From positions 251,378 through 315,377 of the forward strand of contig JAWABJ010000001.1 of assembly GCA_038884755.1 (NCBI GenBank): a DNA stretch of 64,000 nt, in the 5' to 3' direction. Below the pieces are notes generated by a model. That model was given only the letters and a program-made list of their open reading frames with translations, did no database searches and was not told the DNA's origin. This stretch comes from Candidatus Norongarragalinales archaeon (lineage in GTDB: Archaea > Micrarchaeota > Micrarchaeia > Norongarragalinales > Norongarragalinaceae). Position numbers and translations under genes: made by a program. This document shows positions 53,301 through 62,500 of this stretch, piece after piece; the first letter of the stretch is position 1, and every line of letters begins with the position of its first letter.

Positions 53301-56300
53301 TGCCCGTCGTTGGGGAATGAAAGCTGCAGGGGCTCGTTCAAGTTGTTGCTGTACGCATAGTAACGCTTGTGTCCAGCGTTCTTGAAGGAAAACAGTTTGT
53401 CTCCCTGCAAGTCTATTCCCCCTTCTGCGCCGGGAGCGGAAGAGCCGGTGCCGTCGACTATCAAGTTCAAGTCTTTGGTTTGCTCTTCAATCGCCTTCGC
53501 TGTGCAAGGCACGACTTTCGCGTCGAGGATTACTTTGGTTTTAAGCTTCTTTTCGTCCTGCTCTTCCTTCTGCTGCATGTCGAAAACGACGTTTCCTTCG
53601 TAAACGTACTGCTTGTCTTCCTTGATGCAGCTTCCGAATCCGGACGAGCTGGGTTGAATGGCTTCCTCGGGAATGTAGAACAAAAGCATGACCTGCTCTT
53701 CGCCTTGCTTGAACGGCGCGATTACAGCCTGCTGCCCTTGCTCGGTGGTGCGCGTGAAAGAGCCTTTGCGGAAGGCTTTAACCGCTTCGCCGTCGGCGCG
53801 TATTGCCGTAACAGCGTATTCGGTAGAGCCGGGGTTGGAGACGTAAATGATTTTTTGGAAGTCGTTGCTTTGCGTTCCGGAGAGCCCTTGCAAGAGCGAA
53901 TTGTTGAGGGTTATCGTCATCGCGTCCAGTTCTTTCGCCGAGCCCGTTTCTTCGGTGATGCTCATGGGAATGGTTCCCCTAACCAGGAAATCGCCGCTCG
54001 CCTCTTCGCAAGTGGGAATGAACGAAAGCTTTGATTGCGCCGGCACTCCAACGAGTATCCTGCCGTCGGAGTCTGCCTTGTCTGGAATGACGAGCTTGTC
54101 TTTGGGCGTGATGCTGAGCTTGTCGGTGCGCCCTACGTTGTACTTCACGCCCTCGTCCACCACGAGTATTTCCTTGTGTTTTCCTCCGAATGCTATTTCC
54201 CCGCTTTTCACCCTGTCGCGGTAGTTGGCAGGCAGGCTCAACGCCGATTCTTTGGCAAAAGTTATGGACGCTCGTTTCGACTCTTCGTCGGACTTTTCGG
54301 GGTTGCACACTTTGAACTTCACGCTCGTTTTTTCTGGAACGAAAAGGGAATTGCCGGAATGCCTGAATTCGCCCGCTTCAATCCTCTTTACTTTCGGAGT
54401 CGTGACGAGCTCTTTTTCTTCCCTGTCCTTGGTCTTGACTGTAACTTTAGTGCATTGCGGGAGCAAGGCGATTTTCGGCTTGCTTGTTTCAAAGACTTTC
54501 GCGCCAGAAGGAATGTCGACGATGACTTCTTCCGCAGTGGTGATTTCGAAATCGCACTTCGAGTAGGTGTTTGGGTCTTCAATCACGCTTGCAGTCGCGC
54601 CTTTCAAAAACGCCACGGTGGAAAAGGGTGGGACTATCACGCTCTTCGCACCCCCTCCTTGCGCGTTCAGCTGAACGTCGAAAGCGAATTGCACTGCAAC
54701 GTCGTCGGCCGCCTTCACCGTGTTTTTCCTTTTGGTGTTAGCGTCTTGTACTACTATGGAGTTGCTGGGAAAGCGCAGTTCGACGGGAACGGGGAAAGTA
54801 ACAAGAATGATGTCTTTGTCCACGCGCGCGACTCCCGCGGGCACGAAAAACTGGCTGTCGCGCGGCACGAGGACTTCGACCAGCCCGCCGGTCGCTTGTT
54901 TTATCTGCGCTTCGCTGGAGAACGCAAAGCGGTTTTGCGGCGGGTAGAACACGCCGCGCACGTTTTGCGGGTAGTATTGCGCGTAGTAATTCCACGCGCC
55001 GGGAATGTTGGACGCTTGCTGCTGGGTTTTCTGCGGGTCTATCACCATGCTTCCCTGCGGAAAGCGCATTAGGAACTCCACGGGCAAAGACAACTCAATA
55101 GGGTCGAAGGGCATGGGGTTGAGCAAGCGAGGGTCTATCCACTGGTCGCCTCCGCCGGGTGCATTCGGGTTTTTGGTTTCCTCTGCGAGGTTGATGAATT
55201 CAACAGTGGTTCCCTTGGGAATCACCGCGACCGTCCTCCCACCTTCGGTTCCCAAAACAACCGCAGCGGGGAACGAGGCGATGGAGCGGGGCATCAAAAC
55301 GCTGAAGCCGCCTTGGTTGTTGTTTTTCACTTCGGCATTTGAAGGCATTTCCATCCTCGCGTCAACGGGGAGGGAAAAGCGGGCGGTGTTGGCTTGTTTG
55401 GAAACGCGTTGGGGCGCGAGGTAGAATTTCGTTCCGGTCGGGATGGTAATCCTGTCTTTTTCTTCGGAAATCGAAGCGCCTGTGTCGAACGCCAGGGTTT
55501 CCCCGCCCACGCGCATGGCCACGCTTCCGTCGGCGTTTTCCTTCGCCTGTACGCTTTTGGCGAGCATCAAGTCGGTGGAGAACGGAAGGGTCAGTTCAAC
55601 CGCGTTTTCGGGCTTGCAGTTTTGCGTTTGCGCAAAAGTTGTTTTCAAAGTCAAGTCTTTTTTTGAAACTATTCCTTGGAAGGAAACCGCAATCGAAAGC
55701 TTTTGTTCACCGCCGGCGGAAAGCGCAAAACAGTCGGACGCTTGTTCGGGCAAAAGCGTTTTCTTGAGCGTGAATTCTCCCATTCCATTCGGCTCTATCA
55801 CTATGCTCGCGGGGTCTGCGAACAGCCCGGGTTCTTTCAAGTCAAAGCCCGCGAGCAAAGGCAATGGCGATTCGCTTGACAGCCTGACCTTTTTCTCTGC
55901 AGTGGGGTTGGACGGGCTGAGCACGAATTCGACGGTGGGCGTTTCAATGCTCCACAGCGAGTCGAGGGTTTTCTGTTGGTAGTCTGTTTCTATTTGCAGG
56001 GGAACGCGTTGTTCTTTGGAAAACCCGCCTACGGTGAACACGAACACGGCGTGTCCTTTCAGGCTTTCGCGCAAGCGCGTGGGGCGAGCGGCGAAGGGAA
56101 TGGTTTTGAGCGAGGCGTTGAGCGTGAAGTCCTTGCTTTCGCGGGGCTTGAGCGCGGGTTCCGCTTCCTGCGTTTTTGCTTTCGCTTGCACCTTTATTTC
56201 GAATGCAGTGTGCTGCGGGTCTTCTATCGTCTCTACAATAGCGCTTGAAACTGTGACTTGGTTTTTCAAAAGGTTTTCGAGCTTGAGGTTTACCGCCGTC

Positions 56301-59300
56301 GAAGGTTGGGAGAGGACGGCTTGAATGGCTTCGGGTTGTATTCGCACCATGCTTTCGGGAGTTTTCACGCGCACCGTTCCCTTCAGCACTTCAAAGCCTT
56401 CTTTCGCGATTTGGAATTCCCCGTCCCCGACGAAATCAGGCGTTACGGCCGCTTCGTACGTCCCTTCCTTGGTTTCGGAGAATTGAATTCCGTTGAACGA
56501 CACGGTTGCGCCGTCGACTGGAAATCCCGCCGAGTCGGTTACGCTGAACACAAGTTTCGCTTGTTCGAGCGCGACCAGTTCTTTGGGCGAGTGGGTTTCG
56601 CGCAGGGAAAGCTTTTCTTTGGAAACCACGCGAAGGCGGATTGTTTTTTCTATTGCTCCTGCTTTGAGCTTGATTGAAGCGTCGGAAGCGAGCTTGCGCG
56701 GCTGGAATTTCGCGACTGCTTCTGCAATCCCGCCTTGCTGTTCTAGCGTTATTGAAGCGGAATTGCCTTGCACCGTGCCTTCCCCTTCTTCACCTTTCAC
56801 TGGGCTCAAGCTTTTTACTTGAACTGCGTTGTCACCCGAGAGCGTAAGAGGCTGGGTGGTTTCGGAATATATTTTTACGTGCAGGTTGAACTCGTCGGGA
56901 TACTTCGCTTCGAGAGTCTGTTTGCCGTTGTCGAACCAGTATTGCACGCAAGACGTTTTGTCGCAATAGCCTTGCGTCGAGATTTCGAAAACCCCGCTTT
57001 GCTGGGTTTCGGCGAGCAGTTCGTTCTTTCCTTGTCCGGCTTGCGGGTCTTCCGGCTTCCTCAGCAGCCCGCCGGGAAGGTTGAACGCGCTCCTGTGTTC
57101 CAACGCAAAGCTTCCGGTGGAAGCAGTGGTTTTTATTTGAATGGTGATTTCCTTGGTTCCCTTGAATGTTGGAATTGAATAATCAACCCACTTTACCCCC
57201 TTGGTTTGCGTTTGCTGCTGTGCGGAGGAAGTTTTTTTCGCCACTACCGTCACGCTCGCGCGGGTGGAAGGCTTGAGGCCGTCCGAGTAGTAGAACACTC
57301 CTTCCTGATTGAACGTTCGCGAGAACGTCGAGCCGCGGCGCAATTGGGGCGAGGCGAAGCTGCCGTCGTCCGCGTTGATGGAATGCGCGTTGTCGTCTTG
57401 CGAAACCCAATTCACCGTATCCCCTGCTTGCACGATTGCATTTGCCGGAACGAACGCGTTTTCGGTTATGATTATCTTGTTTTGCGCTTGCTGTTGCAAA
57501 GGAGGCAGGAAGGAAGAAGCTTGCGAGTAATCTATCCCCCTTTGCACTACTCCCACAGTTTTGTAAGAGCTTATGACCGCCGGAAGGTTTTCCAGCGGCT
57601 CGTCTTGCGAGCCGATGCGCACGTGGGCGTTGGCGTAGTTGAATTCCAGCCCGCCAGAAGCGAGGGAGTATTTGGCGTTGTAAGTGGTGAAGGGAGAGAG
57701 GAGGTTTTTCACTCTGTTGCCTTGCAAGTCGAACAACCCTTGAAAGTAAAGCCCGGCTTGCACCGCGCTGGTGGAAATGATGTGGAAGTTTTGCTTTGCT
57801 TCAGTCGAAGGCGGGACTTTGAATTCGCTAGACTGGAATTCCTCGAAGCCTTCGGCAGTTATTCTCGCGAAAGTTTTTCCTTCCATTATTTTTGCGGCGC
57901 ATTCGCCTTTGGAGTTGGTCGAACATTTTGCTACTGCCCCGCTTTCGGAAACCAGGTTTATTACCGCGTTGGGAACAGGTTGCAAAGTGAATTGGTCTGA
58001 AACAGTAGCTAAAACCGTTCCTTGGGTTTTTGGAAGGGTGATTTGGATTTCAGCGCCCTGGCGCGGGGTGAACGCCTTGCTTTTGCCCACTCTCCCGTCT
58101 TTGCTCGCGACTGCAACGGTTTTTTTGTAAGGAACGTTTTCCCATCCTTGGATTCCGTCTACGCCCGTTTGTCTTGCGGGAAATCCGATTGGCCTTCCAC
58201 GGTCGTCTTGGAGGATTACCGAAGCTTCGGAAACCCCTTGGCCCGCGGCATCTACTACCTTCACGGTTATCGTTGCTGAATTGCTTTCGTCCGCTTTTTC
58301 AAGCGCAAGCTGTTCGCCTGAAGAAACGCGTTCTTTGAACGCCGGGAGGAACCCGGTTTTGAACGCCATTGCGGAAAACGATTTTGTTTTTTCCACTCCG
58401 TCGAAATCCGCGCTTCCGTCCGCGCGAGTGGTTTTCTCGCCTACGACGGTTTTTTCGGAAAGCAGTTGCACTGCCGCGTCTGCGACTGCATCGTCGTTGC
58501 CGTCGACTACGCGCAAGAAAAATCCTTCGGGTTCGGCGCTTTCGGCTAGCCTGAATTTTTCTTCGGTTTCGGCTGCAATCGAGATTGTTTTGGCTTCGCG
58601 GGCGAAGCCTTTGGCTTCAACGACTATTTTAACTTGCCTTCCGAGCGCAAGCTGTTGGGGTTCGGTTGTTCCAGCCTCGCCGGTGTTGAGTGAAAGCAGT
58701 TTTTCGTTGGTCGCCGCGTCGAAGACCGTCACGCTGGCGTTTTGAATGGGGTTGCCGTCCACGCCGATAGTGTCAAAAACCCCCACGTAAAGAACTCCAT
58801 TTTTTTCCTCGCCAGTTGGAAGGAGGGTTATTCGCTTTGCCGGGGAATCGCTTTGCCCCACGCTTACTTCGACAGTTTCGTCTTCAAAACCGTCGGCGCT
58901 CGCTTTGAGCGTGTATTGCGAGTTCGGTTCTACTGAAAAGAACGCAGTTTTCCCGAACCTTTCCCCGACTATATTGCCAGAATCGTCGTACAATTGTATT
59001 TTGGCGGCTTCGGGTCCGTCGACGCTTGCGCTCAGCGAGACTTTGCGCGTTTGCACCGCTTGAGAGTAGACGCTTTTTTGCGAGAGTTCGTTGTTAGCCA
59101 CGCTTATGCTGAAGCTTCCCGCGTCAGGAAAAACCGCGTCAGTCGAATAAACGGCCCCTCGGTATTCTCCCGGCGGAATTTTTTCGAAAAACGCTTCGCC
59201 GCTCGAGCCGGTTTTTTGCGTTTCGCTCACGCCGTTCCCTTGCAGCGTCACCGACGCGCCTGAAATGGGGTCGCCTGCGGCAGAAAAGACTTTTACTGAA

Positions 59301-59461
59301 ACGCTTCCCGCCTGCTGGCCTGGAGAAAAGAGATACAAATAGCCTATTGCAAGCAGCACGAGCAGCGCGAGGGGAATTGCCCATGGCGGGATTCCCTTTT
59401 CTTCCAGCGAGTAGGAAAAGTTTTCCCACCACTCGCGCACTCCTTCAAGCATGTGAATCAA
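50339..59461 (-). CDS. giant membrane-anchored surface protein, paralog 3 (3040 aa)
   Basis: - Short form of the N-terminal module (WWENFSYSLEEKGIPPWAIP) followed by a TM helix.
- At least 6 CarboxypepD_reg-like repeats.
- A divergent copy of the core block.
- A cupredoxin-like segment.
- A long beta-rich region.
- Cys-rich and Gly-rich C-terminal parts.

An alternative start lies at 59452 (M4). Confidence 0.85.
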   Translation of the reverse strand: MIHMLEGVREWWENFSYSLEEKGIPPWAIPLALLVLLAIGYLYLFSPGQQAGSVSVKVFSAAGDPISGASVTLQGNGVSETQKTGSSGEAFFEKIPPGEYRGAVYSTDAVFPDAGSFSISVANNELSQKSVYSQAVQTRKVSLSASVDGPEAAKIQLYDDSGNIVGERFGKTAFFSVEPNSQYTLKASADGFEDETVEVSVGQSDSPAKRITLLPTGEEKNGVLYVGVFDTIGVDGNPIQNASVTVFDAATNEKLLSLNTGEAGTTEPQQLALGRQVKIVVEAKGFAREAKTISIAAETEEKFRLAESAEPEGFFLRVVDGNDDAVADAAVQLLSEKTVVGEKTTRADGSADFDGVEKTKSFSAMAFKTGFLPAFKERVSSGEQLALEKADESNSATITVKVVDAAGQGVSEASVILQDDRGRPIGFPARQTGVDGIQGWENVPYKKTVAVASKDGRVGKSKAFTPRQGAEIQITLPKTQGTVLATVSDQFTLQPVPNAVINLVSESGAVAKCSTNSKGECAAKIMEGKTFARITAEGFEEFQSSEFKVPPSTEAKQNFHIISTSAVQAGLYFQGLFDLQGNRVKNLLSPFTTYNAKYSLASGGLEFNYANAHVRIGSQDEPLENLPAVISSYKTVGVVQRGIDYSQASSFLPPLQQQAQNKIIITENAFVPANAIVQAGDTVNWVSQDDNAHSINADDGSFASPQLRRGSTFSRTFNQEGVFYYSDGLKPSTRASVTVVAKKTSSAQQQTQTKGVKWVDYSIPTFKGTKEITIQIKTTASTGSFALEHRSAFNLPGGLLRKPEDPQAGQGKNELLAETQQSGVFEISTQGYCDKTSCVQYWFDNGKQTLEAKYPDEFNLHVKIYSETTQPLTLSGDNAVQVKSLSPVKGEEGEGTVQGNSASITLEQQGGIAEAVAKFQPRKLASDASIKLKAGAIEKTIRLRVVSKEKLSLRETHSPKELVALEQAKLVFSVTDSAGFPVDGATVSFNGIQFSETKEGTYEAAVTPDFVGDGEFQIAKEGFEVLKGTVRVKTPESMVRIQPEAIQAVLSQPSTAVNLKLENLLKNQVTVSSAIVETIEDPQHTAFEIKVQAKAKTQEAEPALKPRESKDFTLNASLKTIPFAARPTRLRESLKGHAVFVFTVGGFSKEQRVPLQIETDYQQKTLDSLWSIETPTVEFVLSPSNPTAEKKVRLSSESPLPLLAGFDLKEPGLFADPASIVIEPNGMGEFTLKKTLLPEQASDCFALSAGGEQKLSIAVSFQGIVSKKDLTLKTTFAQTQNCKPENAVELTLPFSTDLMLAKSVQAKENADGSVAMRVGGETLAFDTGASISEEKDRITIPTGTKFYLAPQRVSKQANTARFSLPVDARMEMPSNAEVKNNNQGGFSVLMPRSIASFPAAVVLGTEGGRTVAVIPKGTTVEFINLAEETKNPNAPGGGDQWIDPRLLNPMPFDPIELSLPVEFLMRFPQGSMVIDPQKTQQQASNIPGAWNYYAQYYPQNVRGVFYPPQNRFAFSSEAQIKQATGGLVEVLVPRDSQFFVPAGVARVDKDIILVTFPVPVELRFPSNSIVVQDANTKRKNTVKAADDVAVQFAFDVQLNAQGGGAKSVIVPPFSTVAFLKGATASVIEDPNTYSKCDFEITTAEEVIVDIPSGAKVFETSKPKIALLPQCTKVTVKTKDREEKELVTTPKVKRIEAGEFRHSGNSLFVPEKTSVKFKVCNPEKSDEESKRASITFAKESALSLPANYRDRVKSGEIAFGGKHKEILVVDEGVKYNVGRTDKLSITPKDKLVIPDKADSDGRILVGVPAQSKLSFIPTCEEASGDFLVRGTIPMSITEETGSAKELDAMTITLNNSLLQGLSGTQSNDFQKIIYVSNPGSTEYAVTAIRADGEAVKAFRKGSFTRTTEQGQQAVIAPFKQGEEQVMLLFYIPEEAIQPSSSGFGSCIKEDKQYVYEGNVVFDMQQKEEQDEKKLKTKVILDAKVVPCTAKAIEEQTKDLNLIVDGTGSSAPGAEGGIDLQGDKLFSFKNAGHKRYYAYSNNLNEPLQLSFPNDGQQISCFYYDNARGASVAGGKILAKGESIFLECEAKHASASDYKIIAKGARTGEERVKTLKVQVFTPPAGSESLYPSTPIGTLWVGATGEKPTPTPSPVAGAQLKKKQVQCDPGFNYAYCQNNFCTYDSAINAICNFMSVASMKFDAETNDTSSVKTVCTNLPWKMSFVLHLSNTRAAADLDDAMKQMAEQIGRQSKFKEFKVSEQAKIDFTGCGAYLVEAHLNPAASGGFCEFDPKKIEGGKKPLQIEFRSQKLMSCEETLANAPLLMPADDLFVYTGNEIIESPVNMRFNGLPDFIEIGKYSEKADANDYKMAGQIVSSMYSLSPQVFDNLNTNGFVDSSKPFFDDGALCEANVQGMKNALAIGWHGGTAAACASAFIPGPQQGFIARLCANLILYNVETLSSCGIVKGVSASNACTGTDFCTHLRFVMYPQAFIDAGFGGPASAAFRQIALRALGSATFTYVSSAITGSVEDPTAVYGGSNIAAVTGGSFGRQTGAFTAVALSPVTGAVIEGYASDYFAAQRLDELVAKSTLTGSESEEMRYLYNEFFRSGRQSHQFNFGEITPDVKNRILSDVERKATARITQEGTALVPYRAIVRRPNMLPVPYQRYLPVPFLPQEIPAAGASSAAGQAATSARASYYSYYRAATNPGGVFSTTKNAYERINNNFFNINYGNQNFGTVHGGQNIGGPTGGGAGAGGAAPATGGTPQQVETGGAPTQPVSTPQVQKPRGIARIGRLLAQYAPTALLSLITNVQSEPVEAPLAERVTNYLVSMHFAENGNPSTVAYCYYDPATKKCDKEKRLCFTQQACEGKEACLYVKKLDIPYSGVVQKGEKIPAYAMFFIDASGGSYDYIELFDSLFAPDVEPTFQGNVEAELTEKEIGAPCDYSQEGDSEETAAGDAREQAQGSVETLAAIANGDASFDAVKNARQTLDEMQSQGLVIVEKTPSGEEILSVQVVEGKEEEAASKAKIALENTANQMRERNA

Positions 59462-59514
59462 TCACTGTTCCATACTTAAACCCCACGCCTTTAGGCGTTG
59501 GGATAGCCGACTTC

Positions 59515-62500
59515 TTATCTTCCGACGGCGCACGCTTCGGCGTTTGAGACCGAGCTTTCGCTTGCTTGCAACTGGCACGTGAGCGGAGGTGCTTTTTCGT
59601 CGAGCAGGTATTTCAACGCCGCCAGCACGGACTTGAGCGAGTTTTGCGCGTCGAGCTTGACTGGGTTGTCCGCGTCTACTTTAAACATCACTGTCAATTC
59701 GAATTCAGGAGTGGCTGAAGGCTTTTCGTCAAGCTTCTTTTCCACGAGGTTGGGTGAAAGCTTGGGTTGCACGTATTGAAACCCTTCGTAGGCTTTAGGC
59801 GTGGGTGTAGGGCGGGGTGAAGGCAGGGGGCTTGGAGACGGGGAGGGCAACGGCGTTGCAGAAGGGCTGGGGGCCGGAGGCGCGATTGGTTTTATCGAAA
59901 TCGAGCTTTCGTTTCCCGCCTTCAAGACTACTTTCACGGTTTTTTCAGTCGCTAGCGCGTTGCTTTTGATCGCTTCTTTCACTTGCGCCGAAAGCGCTTC
60001 CTTGCTCAACTCTTGCTTGAAGAATTCCGCGAGTTGCGCTTGTTGCGCGTTGGAGAAAACGGAAAGGAAGTCTTTAGTGTCTATTTCGTCGGCAAAGCCG
60101 TACTTGTTCATGGTTAGGAGGTTGGGGCTACCGCCGTCTCCCTTCAATTCCGCCGGGTTTCCGGCCTTCAAGTAAGGCATTCCGCTTGCTGCAAATCCGG
60201 AAGACGACTTGTCGGTGCGCTTGTAGTCTTGCGTTCCAAAACCGTAAGTGCCTTTCAGCTCCACTATGACCGCGTCGTCGTTCAAAGGAGTTTGGAACTG
60301 CGCGTCAGAGTAAGAATAATCGAACGGGTTTCCTGCGTCGAACCCTGGGCCGAATTGGAACGGGTTGTTGTATAAAGCGCCCGGCACGCACCTTCCCATT
60401 CCAACGCTAGGGTCGAACTGGCATTGGTTGGGGAACGGGCATGTGGACTGGTCTCCTGGAACACATTGGCTTCCGAATCCTTGCATTCCGAAAAAGTCGT
60501 CGGGATAGCCTCCAGACTGGTGCAACCCAATGCTTTCGCTGGGTTGGAACGAGTATACCACGAACCCGCCTTTTTCTCCGGCAATTTTAACGGGAACGTT
60601 GATGAGCGTGTCGAGATTGCGGAAAATGCGGTGGTTGACTTGTATGGGCGCCCTGCCTGGAAGAATGTATTGCGTCACGAGCCTGCGCGCGAGGGTGTTG
60701 AGATAACCGCCGGGAAGCCCGACCGAACCGCTTGTCGCGTAGCTCGCAAGGTTCAAAACTTCAGAATCGCAAGTCGCGGCGAGAAAGCCGCTTGCGAAAG
60801 CGTCTCCCATGTTCAAAGGCAGTTCTTGAGGCGAGAGCCTGTTTGAAGCGCAGCGTTGCCTCAAGTCCCCGATGGGGTCTTCGCCCGCTTTCTTGCAAGC
60901 TTCGTACGCTATAAGCCCGGCAAGATAATCTTGCAAGGCTGAAGTCATGGCGGTTTCAAGCATCACGCGGTCGTAGTCGAACGCTTGCGTGAACGAAACG
61001 GAGTCCATGGTTCCAGTTATTTTCCTCAAGTCTTCCGAAATCTCTTCCTTCAACGCTTGCTCGAAATCCTTGTTGTTTTCAATAAAACAGAATTCCTGTC
61101 CAGTGCAAGCGCTTACTGCATCCACGCCGGTTCGCGCGTTGCCCACTGCGTCGAAAGAAGCTTTTTCAATGTTGTTCTGGATTGTTTTGATGTTTGGCTG
61201 CGTTTTAGTGCCTATTTTGAACTCGTAGCCTTCGGCAGGAAAGCCCACTGCAACGCTTGCAATGTCTTTGGCGGGAATCTTCGCGTCGCCCACTTCCACG
61301 CTTTCAAACTGCAGGTTGTTGGCGATTACTGCTGGTTCGACCGCGTTGTTCACGCGCGTCGCTATGCCGTTCAAGCTTTGAAAGTTGGGTGCCGAAGCAA
61401 TCGCGTACTTCGAACTCTCTCCCTCGATTTTTAGAACTATATCAAGTTTTACGGCTTGCCCGAGGTTGGACGCGTCGCGGATTGTCAGCGTGAGTTCGTT
61501 ACGCCCTTGCGCGGGCGTGAGCGTAACGCCTTTCTCTTGGTCGTAAGAGTACTCCGCGCACCCTGGCTGGTCGGGCTCGAACAAAACTACGAGCGTGGCG
61601 TACTGCCCTCCGGGCAGTCTGAACGCGCCGCTGATGGTTTTCCGCGCGAAATCGCCTATTTTTGCCAGCCCGATGTTTTCGACTTTCCTTATGCTGAAGC
61701 ACTGGGGCTTTTTAGTTTCGGTAGCGATTTGAGTGTTGAATCCCAACGCGTTTTTAAGGGATAGTGCGATGCCGTTGCTCGGAACGAGCGGGGAAACTTT
61801 CTTGGTGCAAACGAGCTTTCCGTTTTGTATTTCACAGTCTGGGCTCGCGCGTTCGATTTGGAAGAACGGAGGGCGCGGAATGCGCACAATTCGGTTTGTG
61901 GCGCTTGCTGCGAGCGCGCGGTCGTTGCGGTTGGGGTTGAAAATGCGTTGTGCGCTCATGAATCCCAAGCGCGACGCGAGCAGCGAGCCCAAATCAAAGC
62001 GTTGCGCAGCGCAAAAATCTGCGGTCTTGTTTTCCTGGGTTTTCCTCTGCTCGCATCTTTTGAATTGGTTGTTTTCGTAAACCGCCTTGCAAGCGCCTTG
62101 GTTTTGCAGGTTTATGCACTGCCCTTCGTTGCAAGCGGTGCAGTTTTCTTTCGAGCATGCTCCTGGAGAAGGCGTGGGGGAAGGTTCTCCCAAGCTCGCG
62201 CAGTCAACCACGAAATTGGTTTCCGCGAATCCAGCAGACCCGCTTCCTTCAAGAACGCTGTTGAACGCCAGGCTGCAGTCGGTGTTCTTGATTGGCCTCA
62301 CCCTCACTTGCGTTTTCTCATTCTGTCCCGCCTTGCCTTTCTTCATGGTGAACGGCGAGCGGGGCGGCTGCAAGACTTCGACGCACTGGCTTTCGTTGCT
62401 CCCGCCGGAAACTTGGTAGTGGACTTGCGCTTCGACCGGAATGGTTTTAGTCAAAAGCAGTTGCACTCCGCTGTTGCAGGCTGTCGCGCCTGAAACGAAA

